Notes under the pieces: model-generated
Told to the model about the DNA's origin: nothing
Database searches by the model: none
Seen by the model: only the letters and a program-made list of their open reading frames with translations
NCBI GenBank assembly: GCA_043821445.1
Contig: JBDRCT010000013.1
Coordinates: forward strand, 82,149-146,148
DNA: 64,000 nucleotides
Source: Candidatus Omnitrophota bacterium
Lineage (GTDB): Bacteria; Omnitrophota; Omnitrophia; Omnitrophales; Aquincolibacteriaceae
Direction: 5' to 3'
In this document: positions 18,237 to 28,064 of the stretch, one piece after another
How positions within the stretch are numbered: position 1 is the stretch's first letter
Layout: the number at the start of each line of letters is the position of its first letter
Program-made: the position numbers and the translations under genes

Positions 18237-18266
18237 CATCCGCTTGACAAAGGAATTAGCGGCCTA

Positions 18267-19241
18267 TCAGCCTAACAAATTCAAGATCACTTTAGTCATG
18301 ACATCTTTTTCGGATGCTTTGCTGGCCGCGACCATCAAGGTCAATGCCACAAGGGCATTGTCATCGATCCGCCGAGTTCCATCCTTACACAAGAGAATGC
18401 CATTTCTCTGCAGAAAACAGACGAACAACGCCGCAGCGATCCGCTTATTCCCGTCCACAAAGCTGTGGTTCTTGGTCACGAAGTACAAAAGATGCGCGGC
18501 TTTTTCCTCGACTGTCGGATACACGTCCTTGCCGCCGAAGGTCTGATAAACAGCTCCGATGGAACTTCGGAAACCAGCGTCCTTTTCCCTGCCCACGAGC
18601 GCCGAATCATGAAACTTCTTTTTCATGGTCTCGATGATCTTTCGGGCTTCTTCATAAGTCAGTTCGAATCTGGCTTTTTTTGTCCCCTTGGGTTTTGAGA
18701 GCTTTTCGTGGTCAAAATCGTCGAGGATGTCCAACGCACGGGAATACTCCGTAATTACCTGGGCGATCCCTGCCGCTTCTGGAGCCAAGCCTTCGACCGC
18801 CGCGACATTCCCGATAAGAGCTATCGCCTTTCGAAGTTCCAGGTATTTGCCTTGAGCCGCCCGTAACCTCTTTTCGTTAAGGGTATATCCCTCGATCAAA
18901 TGCTTTTTCAGCACCTGAGTGGCCCAAATCCGGAATTGCGTTCCCCTCTTGGAATTGACCCGATAACCAACGGAAATGATCATATCGAGGTTATAAAATG
19001 TTACGGGTTTATCGGAGTTAGCAATGTGCATTTTTTGCACATTGCTTTTTTGCTCTAATTCCCCCGTATTGAATATGTTATGAATATGCTTCGTAATAAC
19101 ACTCCGTTCTATTTCGAAAAGTTCGGACATTTGTTTTTGCGTAAGCCAAACAGTGTCCTTATCAAGACGGACCTCAAATCGATCCTTATAGAGGATGACC
19201 TCTCCGCCCTTTACTTCGTTATTATTTTCAAGGCCGCTCAT
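18267..19241 (-). CDS. Virulence RhuM family / Fic-Doc fusion protein
   Basis: TVWLTQKQMSELF, YNLDMIISVGYRVNSKRGTQFRIWA, Fic motif HSFVDGNKR. Confidence 0.93.
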   Translation of the reverse strand: MSGLENNNEVKGGEVILYKDRFEVRLDKDTVWLTQKQMSELFEIERSVITKHIHNIFNTGELEQKSNVQKMHIANSDKPVTFYNLDMIISVGYRVNSKRGTQFRIWATQVLKKHLIEGYTLNEKRLRAAQGKYLELRKAIALIGNVAAVEGLAPEAAGIAQVITEYSRALDILDDFDHEKLSKPKGTKKARFELTYEEARKIIETMKKKFHDSALVGREKDAGFRSSIGAVYQTFGGKDVYPTVEEKAAHLLYFVTKNHSFVDGNKRIAAALFVCFLQRNGILLCKDGTRRIDDNALVALTLMVAASKASEKDVMTKVILNLLG

Positions 19242-20698
19242 AATTGAGGCTTCCGCTTGTAAAATTCCGTTTCCTGCTCAAAGGCGTGGGCGGCGCGGAG
19301 CATGGTGGATTCGTCGAACGGACGGGCCATGAGCTGCATGCCGATGGGAAGACCGCCGCTTGTGAATCCGCACGGGACCGACATCGCCGGAATTCCCGCC
19401 AGGTTCGCCGGGATCGTAAAAATATCAGACAAGTACATCGCAATCGGGTCCGCGGCCTTCTCACCGATCTTGAACGCCGCGGTGGGCGACGTAGGCGAAA
19501 GGATCACATCCACTTCTTTAAACGCCTTTTCGAAATCTTGGCGGATGAGCGTGCGGACCTTCTGCCCTTTCAGGTAATACGCTTCGTAATAACCGGCCGA
19601 GAGGACAAAGGTGCCGAGCAGAATGCGGCGTTTCGCCTCCTGTCCGAACCCACGGTCGCGTGTCTCAAAATACATCTCGCGAAGATCTTTCGCATGGACC
19701 CTCAAACCGTATTCCACGCCGTCAAAGCGGCCGAGGTTTGAACTCGCCTCCGCCACGGCGACAATATAGTAAACAGCGACCGAATACTCCGTGTGCGGAA
19801 GACTGATCGTCCTGATCTCGGCGCCGAGCTTCTTATAGATCTCCGCGGCCTGGTGCACGCTTTTTTCGATCTGAGGATCGATCCCCGCGATGAAATATTC
19901 TTTCGGGAGACCGATCTTAAGACCCTTCACATTGCGCGTGAGCGCCTGCGTAAAATCCGGAACGTTCTCGGGCGAAGAAGTGGAATCCTTCGGATCATGA
20001 CCGCACAGGATATTCATCAGAATGGCCGCATCTTCCACGGTTTTGGTGAGAGGACCGATCTGGTCAAAGCTGGAGCCGAATGCGATAAGCCCGTAGCGCG
20101 ACACGCGTCCGTAGGTGGGTTTCACGCCGACCACGCCGCAAAGTGCCGCGGGTTGACGGATCGAACCGCCGGTATCGGACCCCAAAGCCGCAACCGTCAT
20201 GTCCGCCGCGACTGAAGCCGCCGAGCCGCCGCTGGAGCCGCCCGGCACGCGCTCCAGGTCCCAGGGATTCCGGCACGGACCGAACGCGGAAGTCTCACAG
20301 GAGGAACCGAACGCGAATTCATCCATGTTGCACTGCCCGAAAAGCGTCGCGCCCGCATTTTTAAGTTTCGTGATCACGGTCGCATCGTAGGGGGGCACGT
20401 GCTTCGCCAGGATCTTCGACGCGCAGGTCACTTCCCTGCCATCAATGCAAATGTTGTCCTTGATGGAGATGGGAACGCCGTAAAGCGGCCCTTTACCAAT
20501 CACCCTGCGTGTCGCACTGCGTAAGTCTGATTCATCACCGTTATCCAGTGCAATGGGATGATCCGAGCGTAGAAACGCATTTATTTTCGGATTCAGGGCT
20601 TTGACGCGTTTTTCGAAAGCTTTAAGAATGGTCGGCGGGCCGACTTGTTTAGAGATCCCGATCGCTTCTTTGAGAGTCAGAGAACAGAGGTCGGTCAT
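19238..20698 (-). CDS. gatA: Asp/Glu-tRNA amidotransferase subunit A
   Basis: GVPISIKDNI, NMDEFAFGSS, PGGSSGGS, GSDTGGSIRQPA, KRRILLGT. Confidence 0.98.
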   Translation of the reverse strand: MTDLCSLTLKEAIGISKQVGPPTILKAFEKRVKALNPKINAFLRSDHPIALDNGDESDLRSATRRVIGKGPLYGVPISIKDNICIDGREVTCASKILAKHVPPYDATVITKLKNAGATLFGQCNMDEFAFGSSCETSAFGPCRNPWDLERVPGGSSGGSAASVAADMTVAALGSDTGGSIRQPAALCGVVGVKPTYGRVSRYGLIAFGSSFDQIGPLTKTVEDAAILMNILCGHDPKDSTSSPENVPDFTQALTRNVKGLKIGLPKEYFIAGIDPQIEKSVHQAAEIYKKLGAEIRTISLPHTEYSVAVYYIVAVAEASSNLGRFDGVEYGLRVHAKDLREMYFETRDRGFGQEAKRRILLGTFVLSAGYYEAYYLKGQKVRTLIRQDFEKAFKEVDVILSPTSPTAAFKIGEKAADPIAMYLSDIFTIPANLAGIPAMSVPCGFTSGGLPIGMQLMARPFDESTMLRAAHAFEQETEFYKRKPQL

Positions 20699-20976
20699 CG
20701 TTGCACGATCTTGGGGACCTTGAAGAAAGGACCCTCGGTCTGCGGGGCGTGTTCGAGGGCCTTGGGGGCGGCGTCCGAGGGCTTTACTTCATCGGCGCGG
20801 AACACGTTCTCCATATTGAGGACATGGCTCGTGGGCTCGACATCCTTCGTGTCCAAGGCGTCCAGCTTTTGGACATAGGCAAGAATGGCGTCGAGATCTT
20901 TTGCGAGCTTCTGTTTTTCTTCGGGTTTCAGATTGAGCCGCGCGAGTTCGGCGACCCTTTCGATATTGAATTCCAT
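20695..20976 (-). CDS. gatC: Asp/Glu-tRNA amidotransferase subunit C
   Basis: VAELARL, LDTKDVEPT, FRADEV, FFKVPKI. Confidence 0.96.
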   Translation of the reverse strand: MEFNIERVAELARLNLKPEEKQKLAKDLDAILAYVQKLDALDTKDVEPTSHVLNMENVFRADEVKPSDAAPKALEHAPQTEGPFFKVPKIVQR

Positions 20977-21170
20977 CGGGCCTCCTTTAAACAGATGGCG
21001 ACATTCTGCCCGAAGGCGAAGGGAGTGTCAATGGAAGGGGCCGGCCGGTATTTTTTTATTTCTAGAATGCGACCTGAACACGGCTGATGAAGGCGTTTTC
21101 AATCGGCCGGGTACTGGTTCCGTATTGGGTCAAACCGCCCGTATTAAAAAATGTTTCTTCAAAACCGGTC

Positions 21171-22604
21171 TTAGAATTTCAGATTCAAATCCAGGATAAA
21201 TTTCCGGTGCTCCTGATCAAGAATGCCGTAGCTCCCGGTATTCAGAGAATTTGTAAAAAAGCCTGCCGCGTTCACCGTAACGTTGTCAGTAAGTCCATAA
21301 CCCAACCTGATGACGCTTCCCCGTTGTCCGGCCGTTCCGTTGCCGAAATCGCCGTCCGTGAAGGCTCCGACGACGGAATTCGCGCCGATCCATTTGTAGG
21401 CATAGCTGGCTTCCAAATCGTGTTTTTTCTTGACCTTGCCGAGCGCGAGCCCGACCGACCACGCGTCCGAACCGTCCATGATCATGTTGGAGCGGTCCGT
21501 CATGTTCCTGGCCCAATCAAAAAAAGGCTTCATTGGGATCCCCCGGGGATAAAAAGTGATCGAGGAATAGGATTCGAAAACATTGAATCCTTGGGCGTTC
21601 AATTCGGTCGTGTTCCAGGGAGTAACGGGATTGCCTTTCGCGAAGCTCGTCCCGAAAATCGTGAAGTTGCTATGCTTGGCATAACCGGCGTAGTTGTAGA
21701 AAGAAAGCGCTGAAAATGCTTTCACCGGTTTCTGGGTGATCCCGAGGTCCAGGGTCGGGCTCAACGCCACTTGATAAGCGAAAAGCTCGGCATCACGGCC
21801 TCCTTTGGCCGCATCCTCGTCCAGGACAAATTGCCCGGCCTGGGCATACCCCTTGAGGTCCACTTTGTCGTTCTTGAAGATATTAAAATCCACCTTTTCG
21901 TAGATACCCTCCGGCGTCACGTCGCGGTCCCAGATCATGTCCGTTGAACCTTCCTCGAACGGATTTTGGACCTTTCCGGCCGTGATGTTCAGACCCGCGA
22001 CCGGCCCGACCTTGGCCCACTCGGGAAGATAGGTCACAAATATCTTGTTGATCCAGAGGTTCTTGAAATTGAAATTGCTATCCATGTTCTGGTTGTTCGA
22101 GGTGGGGGCCACATTGTTCCCATTCGCAGCGCTCTGTGGACCGGAAGCCAGTTCAAATCCCGTTTTGATCTCCGGAGAGAACGCTTTTTCAAACCCAAAA
22201 CGCAAACGGAAAAAGAAAGCATTGCGGTCCGGCGTCTCGGACTGGCTCCCGCTCGTGTAATCCGATCCCGAATAGCGCAGCCGCGTATCCCCCTTGAATA
22301 CAAGCCCGTCAAGCCACTTGTTCGCGCCCCCCAGGGATTTTCCAAGTCTTTCCGAGAATTCTTTCTCAGACATCGGCGCCACTGCCTGCCCTTGCTCCGC
22401 ACCCTGCCCCCCGATCTGGATCGCAGCCTCGTGTTTCTCGATCTGGCCAAGCCTCTGACTTTGCGCATCGATCACGCTCTGCATCTGCATCATCTGTTTC
22501 TGCAGATTCTGGATCATGGCCATCATCTCCGCCTCACCCGCCAGGGCGGATCCGGCATTCAGGGTCAGTAAAAAGACCAGCATTATCAAAAAGTTTCTTT
22601 TCAT
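21171..22604 (-). CDS. Putative outer-membrane porin with an N-terminal coiled coil
   Basis: Signal peptide, GDTRLRY, FRLRFG, MIWDRDVTPEG, terminal LDLNLKF. Confidence 0.8.
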   Translation of the reverse strand: MKRNFLIMLVFLLTLNAGSALAGEAEMMAMIQNLQKQMMQMQSVIDAQSQRLGQIEKHEAAIQIGGQGAEQGQAVAPMSEKEFSERLGKSLGGANKWLDGLVFKGDTRLRYSGSDYTSGSQSETPDRNAFFFRLRFGFEKAFSPEIKTGFELASGPQSAANGNNVAPTSNNQNMDSNFNFKNLWINKIFVTYLPEWAKVGPVAGLNITAGKVQNPFEEGSTDMIWDRDVTPEGIYEKVDFNIFKNDKVDLKGYAQAGQFVLDEDAAKGGRDAELFAYQVALSPTLDLGITQKPVKAFSALSFYNYAGYAKHSNFTIFGTSFAKGNPVTPWNTTELNAQGFNVFESYSSITFYPRGIPMKPFFDWARNMTDRSNMIMDGSDAWSVGLALGKVKKKHDLEASYAYKWIGANSVVGAFTDGDFGNGTAGQRGSVIRLGYGLTDNVTVNAAGFFTNSLNTGSYGILDQEHRKFILDLNLKF

Positions 22605-22639
22605 GGGATCCTCCACGGGTTAATAAAAGGTTGTTTTTC

Positions 22640-22683
22640 AAAAAAAAGGGCGGCCGATTCTAAGAAAAATCTGCCCGCCCTTT
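22640..22683 (-). terminator. Intrinsic terminator-like hairpin in the porin 5' region
   Basis: Minus strand AAAGGGCGG...CCGCCC followed by T8. Confidence 0.65.
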
Positions 22684-22915
22684 GATGGTATCAAAAACGG
22701 AAGTTACAAGAAGCGATTTCGAAAGCAACGGCCAATTCCTTTTCATGACTTTTCTGTCAAATATCGCTTGGCTCATGGCTCTTCTTTCCGTAAATTAGCA
22801 TCGACAAATCGTTTGTAAAACTTAAAAAATTCCTCATCCTTAACGGGGTAGATCCTCCATGAGGGATTAAAAGTGATGACATTCTGTCGGAATTTTCAGG
22901 AAGTGTTTAAAAGGT

Positions 22916-23791
22916 CTAAGACGGTTCGCCAGCTTTGGGAAGCGGAAGGATGCGGTATTTTTTCAGGACCTTGTCGGGATGGTAGGAGGATTTCGCGATG
23001 CGGAGGGCAAGTTTCCCTAAGTCTTGTTCGAAGTTCAAAAAAGCGTATTGCTTCGGCAATATCTTCGTGAAGTGGTTATCCATGTATTGGTAGAGCCCTT
23101 TGAACTTCCGCTTCCCTTTCGCAAAATGGAGCGTGAACATGTCCGGACGAACCTCCTCGCCGATGATGAACCCTGCCGCTTCCCCTTCGACATAATAGAT
23201 CCCGCCGCAGAGGATCAGTTCGTCATAACGTTCGAACGCTTCACGGCACGGAAAATAATCCGTGGCCGGCTTTTCCTCCCCTACATCCTCCTGCCAAGCC
23301 TCCAGGACCTTCCGCGCATCGTCCATGCGGTCCTGCGTCAAGGGCCGGGCCTCGGGCGCGTACCGCGAAAGGAACTGGTTCAGGAGGTTCTTCTGACCGT
23401 GCAGTTTTTGTCCTTGATAAGTCGAAAGCTTCTCGACCGTATAGATATAATCCGAATCATCTTCCGAGGATTTAAACGAAACTTTCTTTTCATCAAAGGC
23501 TGGGAGCCATTCCTCCGGGACAGGGAAAATAAATTCCCCTTCTTTCAAAAGCCGTAACACGGCGTCCGCCTCTTCTTTACGGATCTCCGCTGCCGGCATC
23601 AGGAACCGGCGGCTGTCGTAAGCCCTGCCGCTGATAAAGATCCCTTCCGGAATGGTGACGACGTGGTAGTCATGAACTTCGCGAAAAAGATAAAGGTTCG
23701 CGAAACTGAATTCGGAAAGGAATGAACCGGCATTCTTCAGGCGGTCGCGGAGAAGGGTTTGGTGTTCCAGTCCGAGTTTTTCGGAGATCAT
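22916..23791 (-). CDS. DUF2156 / phosphatidylglycerol lysyltransferase-domain soluble protein
   Basis: SEFSFANLY, DSDYIY..EKL....GQKLH.QKN, HFAKG...KGLYQ, LNFEQDLG...LR.AK.SYHP. Confidence 0.85.
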   Translation of the reverse strand: MISEKLGLEHQTLLRDRLKNAGSFLSEFSFANLYLFREVHDYHVVTIPEGIFISGRAYDSRRFLMPAAEIRKEEADAVLRLLKEGEFIFPVPEEWLPAFDEKKVSFKSSEDDSDYIYTVEKLSTYQGQKLHGQKNLLNQFLSRYAPEARPLTQDRMDDARKVLEAWQEDVGEEKPATDYFPCREAFERYDELILCGGIYYVEGEAAGFIIGEEVRPDMFTLHFAKGKRKFKGLYQYMDNHFTKILPKQYAFLNFEQDLGKLALRIAKSSYHPDKVLKKYRILPLPKAGEPS

Positions 23792-23815
23792 GGCTATCCG
23801 CTCAGAGGAGCGTTC

Positions 23816-24469
23816 TTATTTCTTCCATTTGATTGAACAACCGACCGCGTGTTTCTGGTCCGCGGACACGGGTTCTCCGGCGAGCACCGCGGCCACCGCG
23901 GCCCGGACATCCTTGCCAGTCACGGGTAACGCGTTGCCCGGACGGGCGTCATCATACTGGCCCCGGTAGACGAGTTTGCGGTCTTTGTCAAAAAGAAGGA
24001 AGTCCGGCGTGGCGACCGCGGTGTAGGCCTTCGCCACCTCTTGGCTCCCGTCAAAGAGGACAGGGAACGTAAAACCTTCGCTTACGGCCATATCTTTTAG
24101 GCTTTCCGGGCTGTCATCCGGATAGGCGCCGGGATCGTTTGAACTGATCCCGACGATCGCGAGCCCTTTACCTGCATAATCCTTGCCCAGACCCGCGAGG
24201 TCCCGGCGGATATGTTTCACGTAGGGACAGTGCCGGCACAAGATCACGACCAGGAACGCTGTTTGGTCCTTGAAATCGTCGCGCCGGACGATCTTCCCGG
24301 TCACAACATCCGGGAGCGCGAAATCCGGGGCCTGGCTCCCCATTTCGAGAAGTCCTTTTTTCTCTTCCGTGCTGGCCGCCGCCCGCGCCGCGGGAACGCC
24401 CACAAAACCGGCCGCAATGGCGACCGCGGCGATCAGGACCGTGAAATAGAAAAAGCGTGTCTTATTCAT
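23816..24469 (-). CDS. Exported thioredoxin-like AhpC/TSA family protein
   Basis: Signal peptide, APDFALPD, CRHCPYV, ISSND...YPDDSP, LVYRGQYDD, GCSIKWK. Confidence 0.9.
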   Translation of the reverse strand: MNKTRFFYFTVLIAAVAIAAGFVGVPAARAAASTEEKKGLLEMGSQAPDFALPDVVTGKIVRRDDFKDQTAFLVVILCRHCPYVKHIRRDLAGLGKDYAGKGLAIVGISSNDPGAYPDDSPESLKDMAVSEGFTFPVLFDGSQEVAKAYTAVATPDFLLFDKDRKLVYRGQYDDARPGNALPVTGKDVRAAVAAVLAGEPVSADQKHAVGCSIKWKK

Positions 24470-24555
24470 CGCCAGCCTCCTTTTCAATGTCAGGGATCCC
24501 CCGCTAAATTATTTCACCGGCGGGGCTGACCGGCCCTTGCCCGCGGATTGAATAT

Positions 24556-24765
24556 CTACTCAGGCCGGGAACAGCAACTGCCCTTGACGCCGAACTTCTT
24601 CAGGATGATCTCGGCAAGGCACCAGCCGGTAAACGCGGACTGAACGAGATTTACGCCGATGAGCGTGGTCCAGATCAGCCACCAAGGGCTTACCCAGATC
24701 GCGAGCGCGACGCTCATGAGAATAAAAGTCCCCGCGATGATACGAATGTATTTTTCCATGGTCAT
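24556..24765 (-). CDS. DUF2892 (YgaP-like) small membrane protein
   Basis: IRIIAGTFIL, IGVNLVQSAFTGWC. Confidence 0.88.
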   Translation of the reverse strand: MTMEKYIRIIAGTFILMSVALAIWVSPWWLIWTTLIGVNLVQSAFTGWCLAEIILKKFGVKGSCCSRPE

Positions 24766-24777
24766 AGTTTTCTCCTT

Positions 24778-24857
24778 AGCTCAACGTGCGACGCGCAACG
24801 CGCAACGTTTTTTTACTTGGTTTTTTACGTTGTGCGTTGCCCGTTGAGCGTTGCGCT
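24778..24857. repeat. Inverted heptamer element overlapping the RND stop
   Basis: TCAACGT GCGACGC GCAACGC GCAACGT ... ACGTTGT GCGTTGC CCGTTGA GCGTTGC. Confidence 0.85.
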
Positions 24858-27800
24858 TTTTTTAGCCATCATGTAATAAAAGACAGGTACGGCTGTGCGC
24901 GAAAGAAGGGTCGACGCAATTTCTCCTGCCATCAAAGCCACCGCCAATCCCTGAAAGATCGGATCGAACAGGATCACGGAAGCTCCGACCACCACCGCCG
25001 CGGCGGTCAGAAGCATGGGCCGGAACCGTTGCACGCCCGCTTCGATCACCGCTTCTTCAAGCGGCATACCGTCCGCGCGTTTCAATTCGATAAAATCCAC
25101 CAGGATAATAGAATTACGGACCACGATCCCTGCACCCGCGATCATCCCGATCATCGACGTCGCGGTAAAGAACACACCTCCGAGCCAGTGTGCCGGCAAA
25201 ATGCCGATCAGCGTGAGCGGGATCGGTAGCATAATGATCCACGGCGTCTTGAACGACTGGAACCAGCCGACCACCAGGACGTAGATCAAAAGCAGAACAA
25301 ACGCAAATGCTATCCCCAGATCGCGGAACACTTCGAAGGTGATCTGCCACTCCCCGTCCCACTTGAGGGTCCAACGGTCTGTCGCGGACGGCTGGCCGTT
25401 GAAAAGCTGATCGAGCGTTTTCTGGCCTTCATGGTTTTCCGGTGCCGGCATCTTCGCGATATTCTTTTTGAGTTTCAGGATCGCGTAAGCCGGGCTCTCG
25501 AATTTGCCTCCCACGTCCGCGATCACATAGGAAACCCGCATGAGATTTTTGTGATAGATCGCACGGTCCTTGAACCTATCCTGGATCTCCACAAGATCTT
25601 TAATCGGGATAGGGCTCCCGTAACGAGAAAGAAGCGTCATGTTGAGCACAGCATCCAGCGTCTTCCTTTTCTCCTCCGGCAACCTCACCAGGATCTCGAC
25701 CGGCTCATATTCACCGGAGAGATGCGCAAGATCCACGGCCTTTCCCCCGATCGCGGTCGTGATGGCCTCCGCGATGTGTGTCACAGGAATACCGTTCAGG
25801 GAAGCTTTTTGAGTGTTCACTTTCAGACTTGCCAGTTTTTCCTCGGCCTGAACATAGGTGTCGATGTCGGTGATATCTTTATCCTCGGAAAGCATTTTTT
25901 CGATCCGGCCAGTAAGCTCATTCTGTCCTTCCTGGGTCGGACCATAGACCTCAAGAACAAGGGTCGAAAGCACCGGCGGCCCCGGCGGAACCTCGGCTAC
26001 TTGAACGTGCCCGCCATATTTTTTCACGATTTCATGGACTTTCGGCCGCACGGCTTTGGCGATATCATGACTTTGACGCTTACGGTCATGCTTGCCCGCC
26101 AAATTCACCTGAAGGTCCGCTTGGTGCGGTTTGGAGCGCAGGAAATAATGACGCACGAGCCCGTTAAAGTTATAAGGGGCCGCCGTCCCCACGTACATTT
26201 CAATGTCCTTCACCTCCGGGACCGTGACCAGATAATCCGCGATCTCCGTGATCGCAGCCTGAGTCCGGGCCTTGGGCGTTCCTTCCGGCATATTGAGGAC
26301 CACTTGGAACTCATTTTTATTATCAAAGGGAAGCATTTTCATCCGGACAAGTTTCAAGGGCACCAGCATCACGACTGCTAAAAGAAGGATCCCCAGCGCC
26401 CAAAGGAATTTTTTACGGATCTTCGGGTTATGGATCAAAGGATTCATGTATGAGCGGTAAAGACGCGTCAGGAAATCCTCTTTTTCGCCTTCATGATGGA
26501 CCTTGAGCTTGCCCTGAGCGAACGCCCGGCCCAGGATCTGATAAGCGGCCCACGGTGTCGCCACGAACGCCACGAACATCGAGAACATCATGGCTGCGCT
26601 CGCCCCAATCGGAATGGGGCGCATATAGGGTCCCATAAGACCGCGCACGAAGGCCATAGGAAGGATCGCCGCGATCACCGTGAGCGTCGCGAGGATCAAA
26701 GGGCTCCGGACTTCGTTGACGGCCTCGATCGTGACATCCAGGATGTTCTTGCCCTTGTTCTCAGGCATCCGGAGATGACGGACAATGTTCTCTACGTCCA
26801 CGATCGGGTCATCGACCAGGATCCCGATGGAAAATATAAGCGCAAAAAGTGTGATGCGGTTCAGCGTAAACCCGAGAAAATAGAACGTCGCAAGCGTGAG
26901 CGCGAGCGTCATCGGGATCGCGATCGCCACCACGCCCGCCTCCCGGCTCCCGAGCGCCCAGGCGATCAAGAGACTGACCCCGAATACCGCGATCCCCATA
27001 TGAAACAAAAGTTCGTTGGATTTTTCCTTGGCCGTTTCGCCGTAGTCACGTGTCACGGTCATCTGGACGTCCTTGGGAATCACTGCTTCGGGTATTTTTT
27101 TGATCGTATGGAGGATCACGTCCGACAAATGAGCGGCGTTCGCTCCCTTGCGCTTGGAAATGGCGAGCGTCACCGCATCGAAGGGCCCCTTTTTTTGATC
27201 CTTGGCGGCCGGGCCAAAAAGGATCTGCGTCGAGCGTTCTTCCTGATCGGGACCGTCCACAATTTGCGCGATATCCTTAAGCATTACGATGTTTCCGGCG
27301 TTCACTCCGACCACAAGGTTTTCAAGGTCCGACTTTGTTTTGAAGAAAGAGTTCGCCTCCACCGATTCCAGCGCCGGTTCGCTTTCCAAATGGCCGGCAT
27401 TCTGTTTCACATTTGCGGCGCGTATCAACTGCCCGATCTCAAGAGGATTCAAAAGCCTCGCTTTTAATTCTTCCTCATCAAAAAAGACCTGAAATTGCCG
27501 CTTGCGACCACCCGTGATGTGCGTTCTCGAAACTTCGGGAATCGCATTCACGATATTTTGAAGATGGGCCACGGTCCTGCGTAGCGCCATCGGGTCCTGC
27601 TTTTCACTATGGAACGTAAGCGTCAGGATGGGCACGTCGTCGATCGATCGGACTTTGATGAGCGGCTGCGTCGCACCCTCGGGAAGAAAATCGAGATTGG
27701 AATGGACCTTGGTGTAGAGCTTGATCAGGCTTCTTTCGACATCTTCCCCCACTTTGAACCGGACAATGATCAGTGCGCCTTCGGGCTCGATCGTGGAATA

Positions 27801-28064
27801 GATGTACTCCACGCCCGGGATCTCCCAAAGTTTCCGTTCCCCGAGATTCACGATCCTTTGCTCGACTTCTTTGGAATCCGCGCCGGGATAAGAGACGAAA
27901 ATATCGAACATCGGCACCGAGATCTGGGGTTCTTCTTCGCGGGGAAGGTTCATGACCGCAAAAAGTCCGATGATGAACGACGCCGCGATAATCAGCGGTG
28001 TGATCTTCGACTTCGCGAAGTAGCTGACAGTACTGCTGATCAAGTCGGAGTGGTGGGTTTTCAT
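24825..28064 (-). CDS. AcrB/AcrD/AcrF family RND efflux permease
   Basis: PREEEPQISVP, IFSIGILVDDPIVDVENI, GIVVRNSIILVDF, RFRPMLLT. Confidence 0.95.
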   Translation of the reverse strand: MKTHHSDLISSTVSYFAKSKITPLIIAASFIIGLFAVMNLPREEEPQISVPMFDIFVSYPGADSKEVEQRIVNLGERKLWEIPGVEYIYSTIEPEGALIIVRFKVGEDVERSLIKLYTKVHSNLDFLPEGATQPLIKVRSIDDVPILTLTFHSEKQDPMALRRTVAHLQNIVNAIPEVSRTHITGGRKRQFQVFFDEEELKARLLNPLEIGQLIRAANVKQNAGHLESEPALESVEANSFFKTKSDLENLVVGVNAGNIVMLKDIAQIVDGPDQEERSTQILFGPAAKDQKKGPFDAVTLAISKRKGANAAHLSDVILHTIKKIPEAVIPKDVQMTVTRDYGETAKEKSNELLFHMGIAVFGVSLLIAWALGSREAGVVAIAIPMTLALTLATFYFLGFTLNRITLFALIFSIGILVDDPIVDVENIVRHLRMPENKGKNILDVTIEAVNEVRSPLILATLTVIAAILPMAFVRGLMGPYMRPIPIGASAAMMFSMFVAFVATPWAAYQILGRAFAQGKLKVHHEGEKEDFLTRLYRSYMNPLIHNPKIRKKFLWALGILLLAVVMLVPLKLVRMKMLPFDNKNEFQVVLNMPEGTPKARTQAAITEIADYLVTVPEVKDIEMYVGTAAPYNFNGLVRHYFLRSKPHQADLQVNLAGKHDRKRQSHDIAKAVRPKVHEIVKKYGGHVQVAEVPPGPPVLSTLVLEVYGPTQEGQNELTGRIEKMLSEDKDITDIDTYVQAEEKLASLKVNTQKASLNGIPVTHIAEAITTAIGGKAVDLAHLSGEYEPVEILVRLPEEKRKTLDAVLNMTLLSRYGSPIPIKDLVEIQDRFKDRAIYHKNLMRVSYVIADVGGKFESPAYAILKLKKNIAKMPAPENHEGQKTLDQLFNGQPSATDRWTLKWDGEWQITFEVFRDLGIAFAFVLLLIYVLVVGWFQSFKTPWIIMLPIPLTLIGILPAHWLGGVFFTATSMIGMIAGAGIVVRNSIILVDFIELKRADGMPLEEAVIEAGVQRFRPMLLTAAAVVVGASVILFDPIFQGLAVALMAGEIASTLLSRTAVPVFYYMMAKKSATLNGQRTT

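Noticed and set aside
17330-18260. Integron attC sites or CRISPR repeats between the gat cassettes
   Set aside because: No RYYYAAC...GTTRRRY boxes, the palindromes are too short and lack extrahelical bases, and no integrase is present.
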